Under the pieces are notes generated by a model. It worked only from the letters and a program-made list of their open reading frames with translations, had not been told where the DNA came from and did no database searches. From Octopus sinensis (lineage: Eukaryota), in the NCBI RefSeq assembly GCF_006345805.1, contig NC_042999.1:36394001-36458000 (forward strand): a stretch of DNA of 64,000 nucleotides, given 5' to 3'. A program made the translations under genes and the position numbers. This document shows positions 37,001 through 49,370 of this stretch, one piece after another (within the stretch, counting starts at the first letter, position 1; the number at the start of each line of letters is the position of its first letter).

Positions 37001-38087
37001 TTATTATCGGGGGATTATATCTACTTAAGCTAACTTATTTACTAAGCAAGTAATCAATATAGTATCTACATTGGTTGGTGTGTTTACCATATTAATTACT
37101 GTCTCGAATGTATTGGTAGTTTTCCTTGTCTTCTTTTCCAGAATAGTTTGGTTAATCATTCTGAAACGGGCATGTATAGCTGGCTGTTCTGTTAATTCCA
37201 CTTAGTTTATACTTTCCTTATTCTATTAATGTTCTCTATTAACCAGTCTTTCATAATGTCAGCAGGTGAACTGGTGTCTTTAATACACTCCTCACCATAG
37301 TTCAAATGAACAGACAGTTATCTTCCAATCTGGAACACTTTTCAACTATCATCTTCACAAGATAGAACATTAGCACACCTTTTACTATTATAAGCCTATT
37401 TTGAGCAGTGGATTAGCAGAATTATTAGAGTGTCAAACAAAAGGCCTTTTGGTATTTCTTCCAACTCTATATTCTGGGTTCAAATCTCACTGAGGCCAAC
37501 TTTGCTCTTCATCTTTTTAGAACTGGTAAAGTAATGTACCAGTCAAGAACTGGCACTGATGATATTAACTGGCTCTGCCTCTCTGAACTGCTGGCCTTGT
37601 GCTTAAATGTAAATAATTATGAGCCTATTTCCAGACAACATAAACCTGACATCTTGCTTTCAACCTAATTTTCTAATAATAACAAATAATGGAGCCTATG
37701 CATTATAGATGTCCAAGTTGTTTGATAAGAGAAAATCACATTTAAAAAAAAATTTTTTATGCTCAAAAGCTGCTTCACATACTTCTTGAATTATAAATAA
37801 AAAATAGCTTTATTGATTAATCTCTGCTTGTTGAAGGTTATATTGTCAGTCTTTTTTATATATGCATTTCATTTCACTAGTTAAATGTGTTCTGAGGTGA
37901 ACTGTTGGGAATAATGCAATATTCTAACTTGACAAATTTGATCACAAAGAAATAAGAGAGAGACTCCCAAGATTAAGTTGTCCCCTAAACAAAAGAGTGG
38001 AAAGATTGTTTTTAGGAGATTATTTACCACTGAAATACATTTCCAAAACTCAGAAAAGAAACTTTAATACTTTGGCTTCAAATACAC

Positions 38088-38273
38088 CTACTTCTGCAGC
38101 TCATTAAGGCCTGTTTTTAATTGAAACAACTTCAGAAACAAAGATGCATAAACAAGATATCCATCATTGACAACTTCAGAAAATGACCCCCAAAATTTGA
38201 AGAATGGTTCTAGCTTCTTTAGCTTTCCAAATCCGCTCTCAATGTCATGGTAATACGTTTTACACCTGTATCT
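38088..38273 (-). CDS. Probable terminal coding exon of an unidentified gene
   Basis: Acceptor CTTTACTGCAG, then RYRCKTYYHDIESGFGKLKKLEPFFKFWGSFSEVVNDGYLVYASLFLKLFQLKTGLNELQK*; non-repetitive context; minus-strand AATAAA at 37809-37814. Confidence 0.5.
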   Translation of the reverse strand, partial: RYRCKTYYHDIESGFGKLKKLEPFFKFWGSFSEVVNDGYLVYASLFLKLFQLKTGLNELQK

Positions 38274-39847
38274 CTGCAGTAAAGTGTTTCAGTGAAAATA
38301 ACGCTGAAATCCAATATTATCTTGGAAGCAGTACAAAGTGGCTTTGAGAGCTGTGGTTGGGTTTCTGTTGTATAGACTCTAGCCTTGCTTGAAATAGCAG
38401 TGAAATTTCTTTAAGTTACACTATCCTACCTAAAAAGAAAGGAAGGATGCACTGAACAATGTAGTCCTAGATATACAAAACAACAGGATGGTCATGAATG
38501 GAAGGCCTTTGATATTAGGTCAGCTCACTGTGAATTAACATAGAACAAAATAACAACAACAAAACAAAAGTCTAAGGCAGTATGTACTACTGAGCATATC
38601 ATGCAGTCACAGGACAATGAACCCATGGGAAGGTGATGGGTGTTGCTCAAATTCATGCCAAGAGATGAGAAGATTACTATAAGACAGGGGCAGAGCAGGT
38701 CCTTGTAGAGGGATTTGCACTGCTACTCACATCTAGTAGGGAAAAGGGAGAGAGAGAAAGAGAAAATGATCAGAATGAAAATCAGCAATGCCAGATAGTT
38801 TCATAACTCTTGGTACCTTAGGTTTCTTTAATAGAGTCCACTCTGTCGTAAGCATTCAGGACAAGTCTCTAGTTCAAGGATTCTTTACTTCCTTCTACTA
38901 GACTGAGAAGTTCCTCCAAAAGGCCATGGGATCTATCCTCCTTCCTCTGATTAAATCATTAAGAAAAAGGGCATGGATTATTCTTCAACTTCTAATCCAA
39001 GTCAAAACAAAAAATACACCAACCAAAAATTACAAACAAAACTGTCCCAAAAAATTATAACTTAATCCTTACATCCCCTCATATGTAAAAAAAAAAAAAG
39101 GGACAAACAAACAAAATAATAATATAGGTGAAGGAGTGGCTGTGTGGTAAGTAGCTTGCTTACCAACCACATTGGTTCCCTATTCAGTCCCACTGCGTGG
39201 CTCCTTGGGCAGGTGTCTTCTACTATGGCCTCGGGGTGACCAAAGCCTTGTGAGTGGATTTGGTAGACGGAAACTGAAAGAAGCCCGTCGTATATATATA
39301 TATATGTGTGTGTTTGTGTGTGTGTGTCTGTGTTTGTCCCCCCAACATAGCTTGACAACCGATGCTGGTGTGTTTACGTCTCAGTAACTTAGCAGTTCGG
39401 CAAAAGAGACCAATAGAATAAGTAGTAGGCTTACAAAGAATAAGTCCTGGGGTTGATTTGCTCGACTAAAGGCGGTGCTTCAGCATGGCCACAGTCAAAT
39501 GACTGAAACAAGTAAAAGAGTAAAAGAGTAAAAGAGATATTGTCAAACTAAAAAAAACCCTTAACTTATTTGGAAAACAGAATTTTTTAGGAAAAGTGAG
39601 TGTGACGCAGTTCTTTGTCTTTGGAATAAATAATCATTTATCGTTGAACCACAGTCACACTAAGGTACTGTCTTGAAGGATTTTGTCAAACAAACTGACC
39701 CCAGTACTTATTTTTTTAAAGTCAAGAACTTAATATGTCAGTGTCTTTTACTGAGCCACTGAATAATGGGGATGTAAACAAACCAACAACAGCTGCCAAG
39801 TGGTGGGGGGAGGATGAACATAAGCACAAAAATATACACACGCACAT

Positions 39848-39888
<41 letters not shown>

Positions 39889-40690
39889 AAGGGCTTCTAT
39901 TCAGTTTCTGTCTACTGATTTTACTCACACAGAACTAGCCAGCCCAGGGTTATAATAGAAGACATTTGTCCAAGGTGCCATGCAGTAAGATTGAACCTGA
40001 ATCCACATTGCAAAGCTAGCTTGTTAATCACACAGTCATGTCTGCATCTATAATGTTCATGTTTTGATGTTAAATGTCATCAAATTTTCATACATTTGTT
40101 ATGCAGGGAAGGTCTTCATTGGTATGAGAACTATATCGTTGTGAGAGGAGCGGCTGGTATTAGTGTTAAAAATGACATTAGATTAGACTAAATTGACGAC
40201 TGGTTTCATCTACATATGGGTGAATGAGCAATGTAGTGGCTGCTAAGTTATTAATAATGAGGGAGTATCCAAGAAAGATGACAGAATATGATCGGTGAAT
40301 ATGTGATGTAAGCAAGAAACTGAATGATTAATTAATGAATCAGACCAGTTTGAAAATGGATATATTTGGTTGCCATGAGGGAGAGGGGAAAAATAACTAA
40401 CATTTCAGATGGCACCCTTCGTTGGGGAGTGATGCTCTTCAATAACACCAAAAGATAGAATGGTGGGGTAGGTGTGAGAGACAGTGAGAAAGATGAAAAA
40501 AAAAAAGAAAATATTCAAAATAAAAGAGGTAGGAAAAGAAAAAAATTAGAGAATAGGAGAGGGACATATTGGACAGTGGTCAAAGAAAAGGCATTCCATC
40601 AGTGACCAGCCCATGTTTATGTATATCTAGGCATATATTTTCCAATGTGTTTTATTCATTTTTTTTTCTAAGATGGACAGTGTAATTTAA

Positions 40691-40910
40691 CCCTTTCATG
40701 TTCAAGCTGGCCATATCAGGCCCAAATATTCTTCCTGTTGTATGTTCAAACTGGATAGATCAGGTCTCTCACACCTACCCGATAATACCATTCTAAAAGT
40801 AAACAATCACATCATCAAAATCTCAAAGCTACAAGATAATTTATGATAAATTCAAAACAATGTGAATAAATAAGCATTACTTTTGACAGAGTAACCTGAA
40901 TACTAAAGGG
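40691..40910. mobile_element. piggyBac-like MITE
   Basis: TTAA|CCCTTT ... TACTAAAGGG|TTAA. Confidence 0.8.
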
Positions 40911-41699
40911 TTAAAGGAATTTAGCTTCTATTTCTAGCATATAAAATTACCATATATATAGGCAGCTTTGTGGGTAAATATGAGAAGACTAGGTAGGAAG
41001 TAAGACAGGTTTGTGTTGCCTGGAAGCAAGTTGATAACATAATTAATAAAAACACTATCAGTTTTGAAAACCAAAGGGCGGATTACTTTGGACAGAACAA
41101 TGTGATTGTTAAAGGGTTAAAATGTTATTGGTATATGTGGTGTTGATGCTCTTGGAAGTGAATAACTACACGGCAGTCATGTAGATGACTAAGATCCATG
41201 GATAGTAAAGAAGGAGAGGAAGAATTATCAAGTGGATTTGGTTTTAGTTGGAGACGTGTAACAAGTGTTGGAGTTCAATGAATTTGCAATAACTTTTGTA
41301 AAAAGTCTAGCCTGAATACTTACAACAGAGTAAACTCCATTAAAGGCATTACTGAACTGTTATATAATGTTTCTTTTACTTAGAAAAAGATAGAGAGTGT
41401 CTACATCGTATATATCAAAGCTACATTAGACAAATTATGAAGTGGATTTCAGAAGTTTTGGGACTTTTTTGGGAGAGGCAGTTATAAGTTATTGTAATTT
41501 TAGTATACCTATTTCTTTACTACCCACAAGGGGCTAAACACAGAGGAGACAAACAAGGACAGACAGATGGATTAAGTCGTTTATATTGACCCCAGTGTGT
41601 ACCTGGTACTTAATTTATCAACCCCAAAAGGATGAAAGGCAAAGTCGACCTCGGCAGAATTTGAACTCATTTTAGTATACCATTGCTATACATCTTCTA

Positions 41700-42188
41700 T
41701 ACTGGCCTACCAACTTTTGTTATTCCTGATTGAAGGAGGCAGCTGCACTAGCATGTTGAACACAGCCTGCTAAACACTGCTTATCACAGCTGAATAGTAG
41801 GACGTAGAGCGCTGTCAGAATGTGAAGAAAGCGTTAGGCAGGACAAAAATGCTATAGAAACTTATGAAATGCTACAGGCTGTTAACTTGATCAGCTGTGC
41901 ATATTTTTCACAAGCACAAAAGGTTGAAGTTAGTGTGGCAACTGTACACAGAATTATTCACGAAGGTTTGATCTCTTTACTCTTTTACTTGTTTCAGTTA
42001 TTTGACTGTGGCCATGCTGGAGCACCACCTTTAGTTGAGCAAATCGACCCCAGGACTTATTCTCTGTAAGCCTAGTACTTATTCTGTCAGTCTCTTTTGC
42101 CGAACTGCTAAGTTATGGGGACCTAAACACACCAGAATCGGTTGTCAAGTGATGTTGTGGGGATAAACACAGACACATAAACATATAA

Positions 42189-42235
<47 letters not shown>

Positions 42236-42750
42236 CATATATACAACAGGCTTCTTTCAGTTTCCGTCTACCAAATCCACTCACAAGACTTTGGTCGGCC
42301 TGAGGCTATAGTAGAAGACACTTGCCCAAGGTGCCACGCAGCGGGACTGAACCCGGAACCATGTGGTTCGTAAGCAAGCTACTTACCACACAGCTACTCC
42401 TCATGCACAAAATTTGTGCAAAGTTTGTTCCCAGGGTGCTCAGTAACAAGCATCCTAGTAACCAACAACTTGGCAGGGAAGGACATCAAAACTGTCCCTC
42501 AAACTCCCTATAGTCCTTACCTTGATACTTGTGACTTTTTGTGATTTCCCAAGCTCTGTGACAAGGATCATGGACACCTTCATTTTGGAGGACTTCCATG
42601 GAACCTTCACGAAGGAACTGGAACATTACAACAAGTACACTGAGGTCAGGGGATCCTACTTCGAACGGAATTAGAGCTTTGTTCTTCTTTGTAATTAATA
42701 AGTGTCTCTACTGAATAAGTTCGAAAACTTCTGGAATGCATGTGAACATA
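41700..42750 (+). mobile_element. Degraded mariner element split by a CORE-SINE
   Basis: VSVATVHRIIHE|[SINE]|MHKICAKFVPRVLS; PYSPYLDTCDF resembles YSPDLAPCDF. Confidence 0.65.
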
Positions 42751-42754
42751 TATA

Positions 42755-43319
42755 TTGGATTGTCCGGAAAGTTTGTGCCGATTTATAGTAGCTTACCTTT
42801 CGACTTATTTTAGAACATGGCTGAGTCCATAAAATAGGATTTGACTACACTTCCATTTAGAGCACAGTTTAAGCTATCTTTTCGTGGAAGAAGGTTTATG
42901 TTCCTATAACCTGTGTTAATTCTATAACCCTTTGAAATGGAAGATAAGAAAATTCCTTTTCGGCACTTGATGCATTGGGAACCAGACAAAAATTGCTGCA
43001 GCTCAGCTGAGATATGTTACCCACCCTCCATATTCACCAGATATTGCTCCTTCGGATTTCCACTTATTCAGGTCTCTGCAGAATAGTCTTAATGATAAAA
43101 ATTTCAATTCCTTGGATGACGTAAAAAGATACCTTGATGGATTCTTTGCCATGAAACCACCTCGATTCTGGGAAGAGGGTATTTTCAAGTTAAAGGAAAG
43201 ATGGAGACGCATTGTGCAACAAAATGGTTCATATTTGGTTGATTAAAAATGTAATGGCAAGTATTTATTGACCTTTTTCTTTCCTTTAAAAATCGGCATG
43301 AACTTTCCAGACAACCCAA
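42755..43319 (+). mobile_element. Internally deleted mariner element
   Basis: TIRs TTGGATTGTCCGGAAAGTTTGTGCCGATTT / AAATCGGCATGAACTTTCCAGACAACCCAA, TA TSD; HPPYSPDIAPSDFHLFRSL. Confidence 0.9.
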
Positions 43320-44045
43320 TACTTACAGGTACAATAGATACAAATGCACACATATGCATGCACACATATTCCAGCTATGGTTGTTTCATCAGTCTTACAG
43401 TGATGAAGATATAAATACAGAAGTGAGAGAAGGACAAAGATTGAGAGAGAAAGAAAGAGAGAGAAAGAGAGAGAGCGAGAGAAAGATTAACTGCTAACTG
43501 CCCCTCTTCTTTCTCCCCATAACCTTAATTCCACCACAAATATTGATGTTTTGGTGTAGATTGGCGATGGCGATTCCTACTAATCGTCTGCTTATTTACA
43601 TTGGCTTCAAGATAACTTTTGAATCTCAGTATCTTCTTGAAGATTCTCTTTTGTTGTTTCTAAGCATCTAATTAATTCTTTAATCTGCCATTTCACCAGA
43701 CCATTTTTACTTTTATTTTTATTACGTAGTCCAAAATTCAGACTATTTTAACTCTCTCATAGATAAGAGGACTGTCTGTTTTGTATTTAGGTCAGCAGCA
43801 CAAAATATAAAGATTTGAAAACATGGAAAAAAAAAAGCACCTAATGTTGTTGTGTAAACAGAGAAGTAGGATATATTATACAAACAATATTTCTTGGTTT
43901 TCTTTTTCAAATTTCTTACCAATAGAGAAAGAGTTGGTCACCAGTTAAGAAACAAGGCTCTTTCATTGGAATTTATTTAACATCAGCTTGGTGTTCATGT
44001 ATATATTTATGCATGTGTGTTTATGTCTGTGTATGTGTGTGTGAC

Positions 44046-44995
44046 TATTCAGTTTTATTTCAAGATTTCTTACCAATAGAGAAAGAGTTGGTTTCTGACC
44101 TAGATCCAATGCTCCTTCATTGGAATTTCAACAACATAAACAGAGTATGTTTGTATGTATGTATGTGTGCTTACATGTGCAGTATTTGGAGTCATGTGCA
44201 TGTGCAGATTCGTAAGTTTTGTTTTATGTATGAATTCTCATGCAAATAGTTGCATAGGAGTGGCTGTGTGGTAAGTAGCTTGCTAACCAACCACATGGTT
44301 CCGGGTTCAGTCCCACTGCATGGCATCTTGGGCGAGTGTCTTCTGCTATAGCCTCGGGCCGACCAATGCCTTGTGAGTGGATTTGCTTGATGGAAACTGA
44401 AAGAAGCCTGTCGTATATATGTATATATATATATATATGTGTGTGTGTTTGTTCCCCTAGCATTGCTTGACAACCGATGCTGGTGTGTTTACGTCCCCGT
44501 CACTTAGCGGTTCGGCAAAAAGAGACCGATAGTATAAGTACTGGTCTTACAAAAAGAATAAGTCCCGGGGTCGAGCTGCTCGACTAAAGGCGGTGCTCCA
44601 GCATGGCCGCAGTCAAATGACTGAAACAAGTAAAAGAAAAAAAAATATACATATATACTTAAATAATAAACTTCTGGAAAGTTTTACAAATTTTTACTTC
44701 CAGTAATGGCTTGGATCTGTAGCCTTTGAATCAGCTTTCTCCTTTTTGGTTTTCATAAACCAAATTTGTCAAGATTGGTACTTAAGCAGTGTGTTACATA
44801 TCCCAGTACCCTAATAATTACAACTATAAACCTGAACTTGTAATCTAGGCAGAGTAACTGTAGATTTCTCAATAGTCCAGAATAGATATTTTCTTTTTTG
44901 CTAATCTTATGCTATATACTAACATCCACTAGGCAGCTGATTTCCACTACTGTACACAGTTTTACCTCTCTGTCCCAAATCACAGTGTCAGGTCT
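44046..44995 (-). mobile_element. RLE-type non-LTR element 3' portion, adjacent to (CATA)n, split by a CORE-SINE
   Basis: HNRPDTVIWD..VVEISC (PD-(D/E)xK) ..VKICKTF; 3' UTR homologous to 48060-48392, 45095-45205 and 43905-43980. Confidence 0.8.
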
Positions 44996-45279
44996 ATTAT
45001 GTATGTATGTATGTATGTATGTATGTATGTATGTATGTATGTATGTATGTATGTATGTATGTATGTATGTATGTATGTATGTATGTATGTATGTCATTGT
45101 TCAGTTTTATTTCAAGATTTCTTGCCAACAGAGAAAGAGCCTGTTTCTAACCTAGATCCAAGCCTCCTTCTTTGGATTTCAACCTCAACAACAGGGTATT
45201 TTTGTTTGTATGTATGTATGTATGTATGTATGTATGTATGTATGTATGTATGTATGTATGCATGCATGCATGCATGCAT

Positions 45280-46500
45280 GTAGTGATAATGAACAAGAGA
45301 AAACACCTCAAAGAAGTTGCTCAAGCTAAACTTATACATCCAAGTCCTTCAGATGAAGTCAATTTCAAAAACCACAGAAAGAACTACTAGACCTATATCA
45401 ATCTCAGCAAGAAAGCTAAATAAACTGAATTAAACAAGTTGCAACAAACAAGCAGACATTACTAACTAAAAAGTGTCCACAGGAACACTTAGAAAAGTGG
45501 AGGGATCATTTTAAAAATTTGTTTGGGAACATGCCTTCAATTTCTGATACAGCTGTAACTCCAACCATTGACCACACTTTTGATTTCACCATTGATGAAT
45601 TGAAAGAACTGAAAGACATGAAAAAGCAAAAGGCTGCTGGACTAGATAACATTCCACCTGAAGTCTGAAAAATAGAAATCAATGATATGTTAGGCTTCTG
45701 CAATACAGTTTACAATGGAAGTAACACTGGCAAATGGACAGAAGGCTGTATACTCTCATTTCCAAAGAAAAGCAATTGGATCTTGCAAAGAGCTGTATCA
45801 CTCATACAGCTATTACTGCAAAAATTTATAAATTACTCCTACTCAACAGGACAGAATCAAAAATTAAGAAAATGTTCAGAAGAAATCAAAATGGCTTCAA
45901 AAAATAGATCAACAGTCAGACTTACTAGGAGTAAAAGCCAACAATCTTGAAGCAGTATGACTGTTTGTTGATTTCTCAAAAGCTTTTGAATTCATCCACC
46001 ATGGTAAAATGGTAAAAATACTACTTCCATGAAGAAACAACAGAAGTAATTATCATGTTCTATAACACCAAATCAATGGTAAGATCCCTAGATGGAGATA
46101 CAAATGTCTTTGGTGTCAAAGCTGGAGTAATCTGGAGTAACACACTGCTACCTTTTCTCTTCATGATCACTTTGGATTACGTCCTCAGAATATCACCTGA
46201 CAACCTAAACAGCCTTGGTTTCACGTTCATGATTGATTGATTGATTGGACATCAAGTTCAGAAAATAATTGATCTAGACTATGCTGATGATTTATCCCTG
46301 CTCTTTAACACAATATCAAGCTCCATCCAGTTACTTCATAGACTAGAATTAGCCGCACAAGATGTTGGCGTATTTGTTAATCTTAGTAAAACCAAGTTCC
46401 TTCTCACAATCAATAAAGATCATCAGAGAATATCCCATCAGTCAAGTTGATGATTTCACATACCTCAGTTTTGAGACAGCTTTAACTGAATAAGGTTTGA
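45280..46500 (+). mobile_element. Degraded RTE-like reverse transcriptase
   Basis: KAAGLDNIPPE, ILSFPKK, LLPFLFMITLDYVL, LDYADDLSLL. Confidence 0.8.
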
Positions 46501-47874
46501 GATGCTAGGAGGAGTTGGTTTGCAATTATGAAGAACACCTTTCATTTCTATTTGGATCCAGCAAAGGAAGTTAGATGCTGCAAAAGAGTAATTGCTTCAT
46601 TAACAGTGCTGTATATTCAGCAAGAATGCTTTCCTGTTGAGAATAGAAATGTGACTTCAGTGAAATCTAATCTACCTCTGGTCTCTTGTTTATGCCTCTC
46701 TAAATAACTAGAAGAAATGTGGAAGTTTCAAGAATGTTGTAGTTAGTGTTCATATATGGCATAATATCACTGCAAACTGATTGGATGATAATCAGGACAG
46801 ACAAAAGCATAAGATCAATTCTAGACCTTGCTACAGTGTAAAAGCTTTTCACAGACCGAACCAGCACCATAAGCCCACCTTTTCTGGCACCACTAGACTT
46901 TCCCTCTCTTCTGCAACCAACACCATTATTTTCAATAGTTCTCAAAGTCTCTTTCCAGATGTCCTGTTGTCGATTTTCCATGTTTCTTTTCATAGTTTTT
47001 TTCATTTTTCTAGCCATCAAGTTAGCACAGAAATATCAATAAATGATGTGCTGCTTTTAATAGAGTTAACATTCCCTTACCCCCAAAATGGAAAATTATT
47101 TCCACTAGAGATTAAGGGTTCAGAATTTATATCTGTATCTATTTTATCTACTTACTAATTACTAATACGCTTAAGCATTCCCTAAGTCCTCTCATCATTA
47201 AGTATTCCCTAATTCCTCTCATCATTATGTGCCGATAATTTCTCCATTTCTCCACCGTCCCTTTATTAATTTTGCCCGTCCAAGTCCTCGCTCTCTCGTC
47301 TATCAACCTTCGTGTATTCGCGGTGCACCCGCCCTGCCCACCCCCACCACCAATACCGGATATCTCTATATTTTTGCTCCATCTATACCGGATGTCGCTT
47401 CTCCCACCACCATTATAGGTGTCTACTCTTCGAACCCCCCTCTTCAATACGCTATTTCACCATGCATTACCCCTCTCGTGATATCCTACGTTCTACTTGT
47501 CTAGAACCTGTCATCGTTTCTCTGAACACCCCTCCCCACTGGTGCTCCCCTATATTTCTGCACCCCCCCCCCACATAAAAAGCACCATCCGAACGTGGCC
47601 GATGCCAGCACCGCCCCGACTGGCTTCTGTGCAGGTGGCACATAAAAAGCACCAACTGACCGTGGCCGATGCCAGACCCCTCTGGCACCTGTGCAGGTGG
47701 CACGTAAAAAGCACCCACTACACTCGCGGAGTGGTTGGCGTTAGGAAGGGCATCCAGCTGTAGAAACACTGCCAGACCAGACTGGGGCCTTGGGCAGCCC
47801 CTGGCTCCCCTGACCCCGGTCGAACCGTCCAACCCGTGCTAGCGCGGAAAACGGACGTTAAACGATGATGATGA

Positions 47875-47923
<49 letters not shown>

Positions 47924-48059
47924 TATATATATTATTAGTGAATTGAAGAAATGGAGCTGAACGAAGATTGAACAGAAATCGTTTTGATTAATCTGCTACA
48001 AGATTATTCATCTTTCTATTTCACATATTAATATATATATGTATATGTGTAGACTTGTA

Positions 48060-48392
48060 TGTTTTGGTTTATGTATGTATTCTCATGTATATAGTTGCAT
48101 ATCTAGACATGCTTATATACATTTAAATGATAATCTTCTGGTAAGTTTTACAGATTTTTACAGTTCCAGTGATGGATTGGATCTGTAGTCTTTGAATTAG
48201 CTTTATCCTTTCTGGTTTTGTGAAGCCTAATTTCGCAAAATTGGTATTTAGGCAGTGTGTTGCATATCTCAGGGCCCCAATAATTAGGGGCATAAACCTG
48301 AACTTGTAATCTGGATAGAGTAACAGCAGGTTTCTCAATAGGTCAGCATAGGTACTCACTTTTCCACTGATTTTCAGCTTTATGTTAACATC
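48060..48392 (-). mobile_element. Second copy of the (CATA)n-associated RLE element
   Basis: YPDYKFRFMPLIIGAL..GTVKICKT; 5' truncation abuts the (TATG)n tract at about 48393-48522. Confidence 0.8.
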
Positions 48393-48494
48393 CACTGGTA
48401 TGTATGTATGCATGCATGCATGTATGTATGTATGTATGTATGTATGTATGTATGTATGTATGTATGTATGTATGTATGTATGTATGTATGTATG

Positions 48495-48525
<31 letters not shown>

Positions 48526-49049
48526 GATTGTATGCATGCCTATTTATGCGTGTGTATTCTGGATTGGAATCTTAGAGTTTGTTTTGACCTGATAGCTGCC
48601 CAAGGAAGGAAAAGGATCATGTTCTGTTAGTTATCCTTCCCACGGCCATTCATCCTTCAAATTTTAAGAAAGCCCTGCAGATTTTATTGTCCCTAATCAT
48701 GATCATCTGTACTGTTTGAATTGGCACATAAAAAGCACCCACTACACTCACGGAGTGGTTGGCGTTAGGAAGGGCATCCAGCTGTAGAAACACTGCCAGA
48801 TCAGCCTGGAGCCTGGTGCAGTCTCCTGGCTTCCCAGACCCAAGACCCCAGTCGAACCGTCCAACCCATGCTAGCATGGAAAATCGACGTTAAACAACGA
48901 TGATGATGATGATGATGATGTATGTATGCATGTATGTATGTATTACAGAGCTATGTTCTTTCTTCAAGAATCCATGTTCGATTAGTATTTTCAGTTTTTC
49001 TTTCTTTTACTTTTCTTTCTTCTCTTTTCTTCTTTTTTTGCTTTGAATT

Positions 49050-49370
49050 CAATTGCAGCATGGAAGGTGTTTGTAAGCCATTTAAGAAACACACGAAAGC
49101 CGTTCGATTCACTTCAACATTTAAGTTTAATTTGTCAAAATATTTTCGTCGCTATAAGACCGCGACCTGTTCACTGACAAAAATCCATGCTAGGTCGCAG
49201 TCTTATAGTGACGAAAATATTTTGATAAATTAAACTTAAATGTTGAAGTGATTCGAACGGCTTTTGTGTGTTTCTTAAATGGCTTACAAACACCTTCCAC
49301 GCTGCAATTGTTTTCGTTCCAGCACGCTATCTCAGATCAAATCACTTGCTATGCAAGTACATCTCCGTAA
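49050..49370. mobile_element. 321-bp fold-back insertion of the G3-C8 hammerhead family, 12-bp TSD
   Basis: Arms about 49050-49168 and 49192-49310 are inverted; TTGCTTTGAATT at 49038-49049 and 49371-49382. Confidence 0.8.
49129..49184 (-). ncRNA. Minimal hammerhead-like motif with G3-C8 core, copy 2
   Basis: TTTGTCA-GTGAACA-G-GTCGC-ggtcttata-GCGAC-GAAA-ATA-TTT-TGACAAA. Confidence 0.65.

Noticed and set aside
43560-43760. Protein-like short frames on the minus strand (KNGLVKWQIKELIRCLE..)
   Set aside because: Upstream stop codon and no convincing acceptor.
46700-47158. Overlapping ~100-125-aa ORFs on both strands
   Set aside because: No homology recognised and weak splice signals.
47930-48030. 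Possible decayed U3-A8 or A3-U8 hammerhead on the minus strand (TAGAAAA/ATGAATA ... AAAACGATTTC)
   Set aside because: Needs several corrections and has no valid NUH triplet; cannot be supported from one copy.
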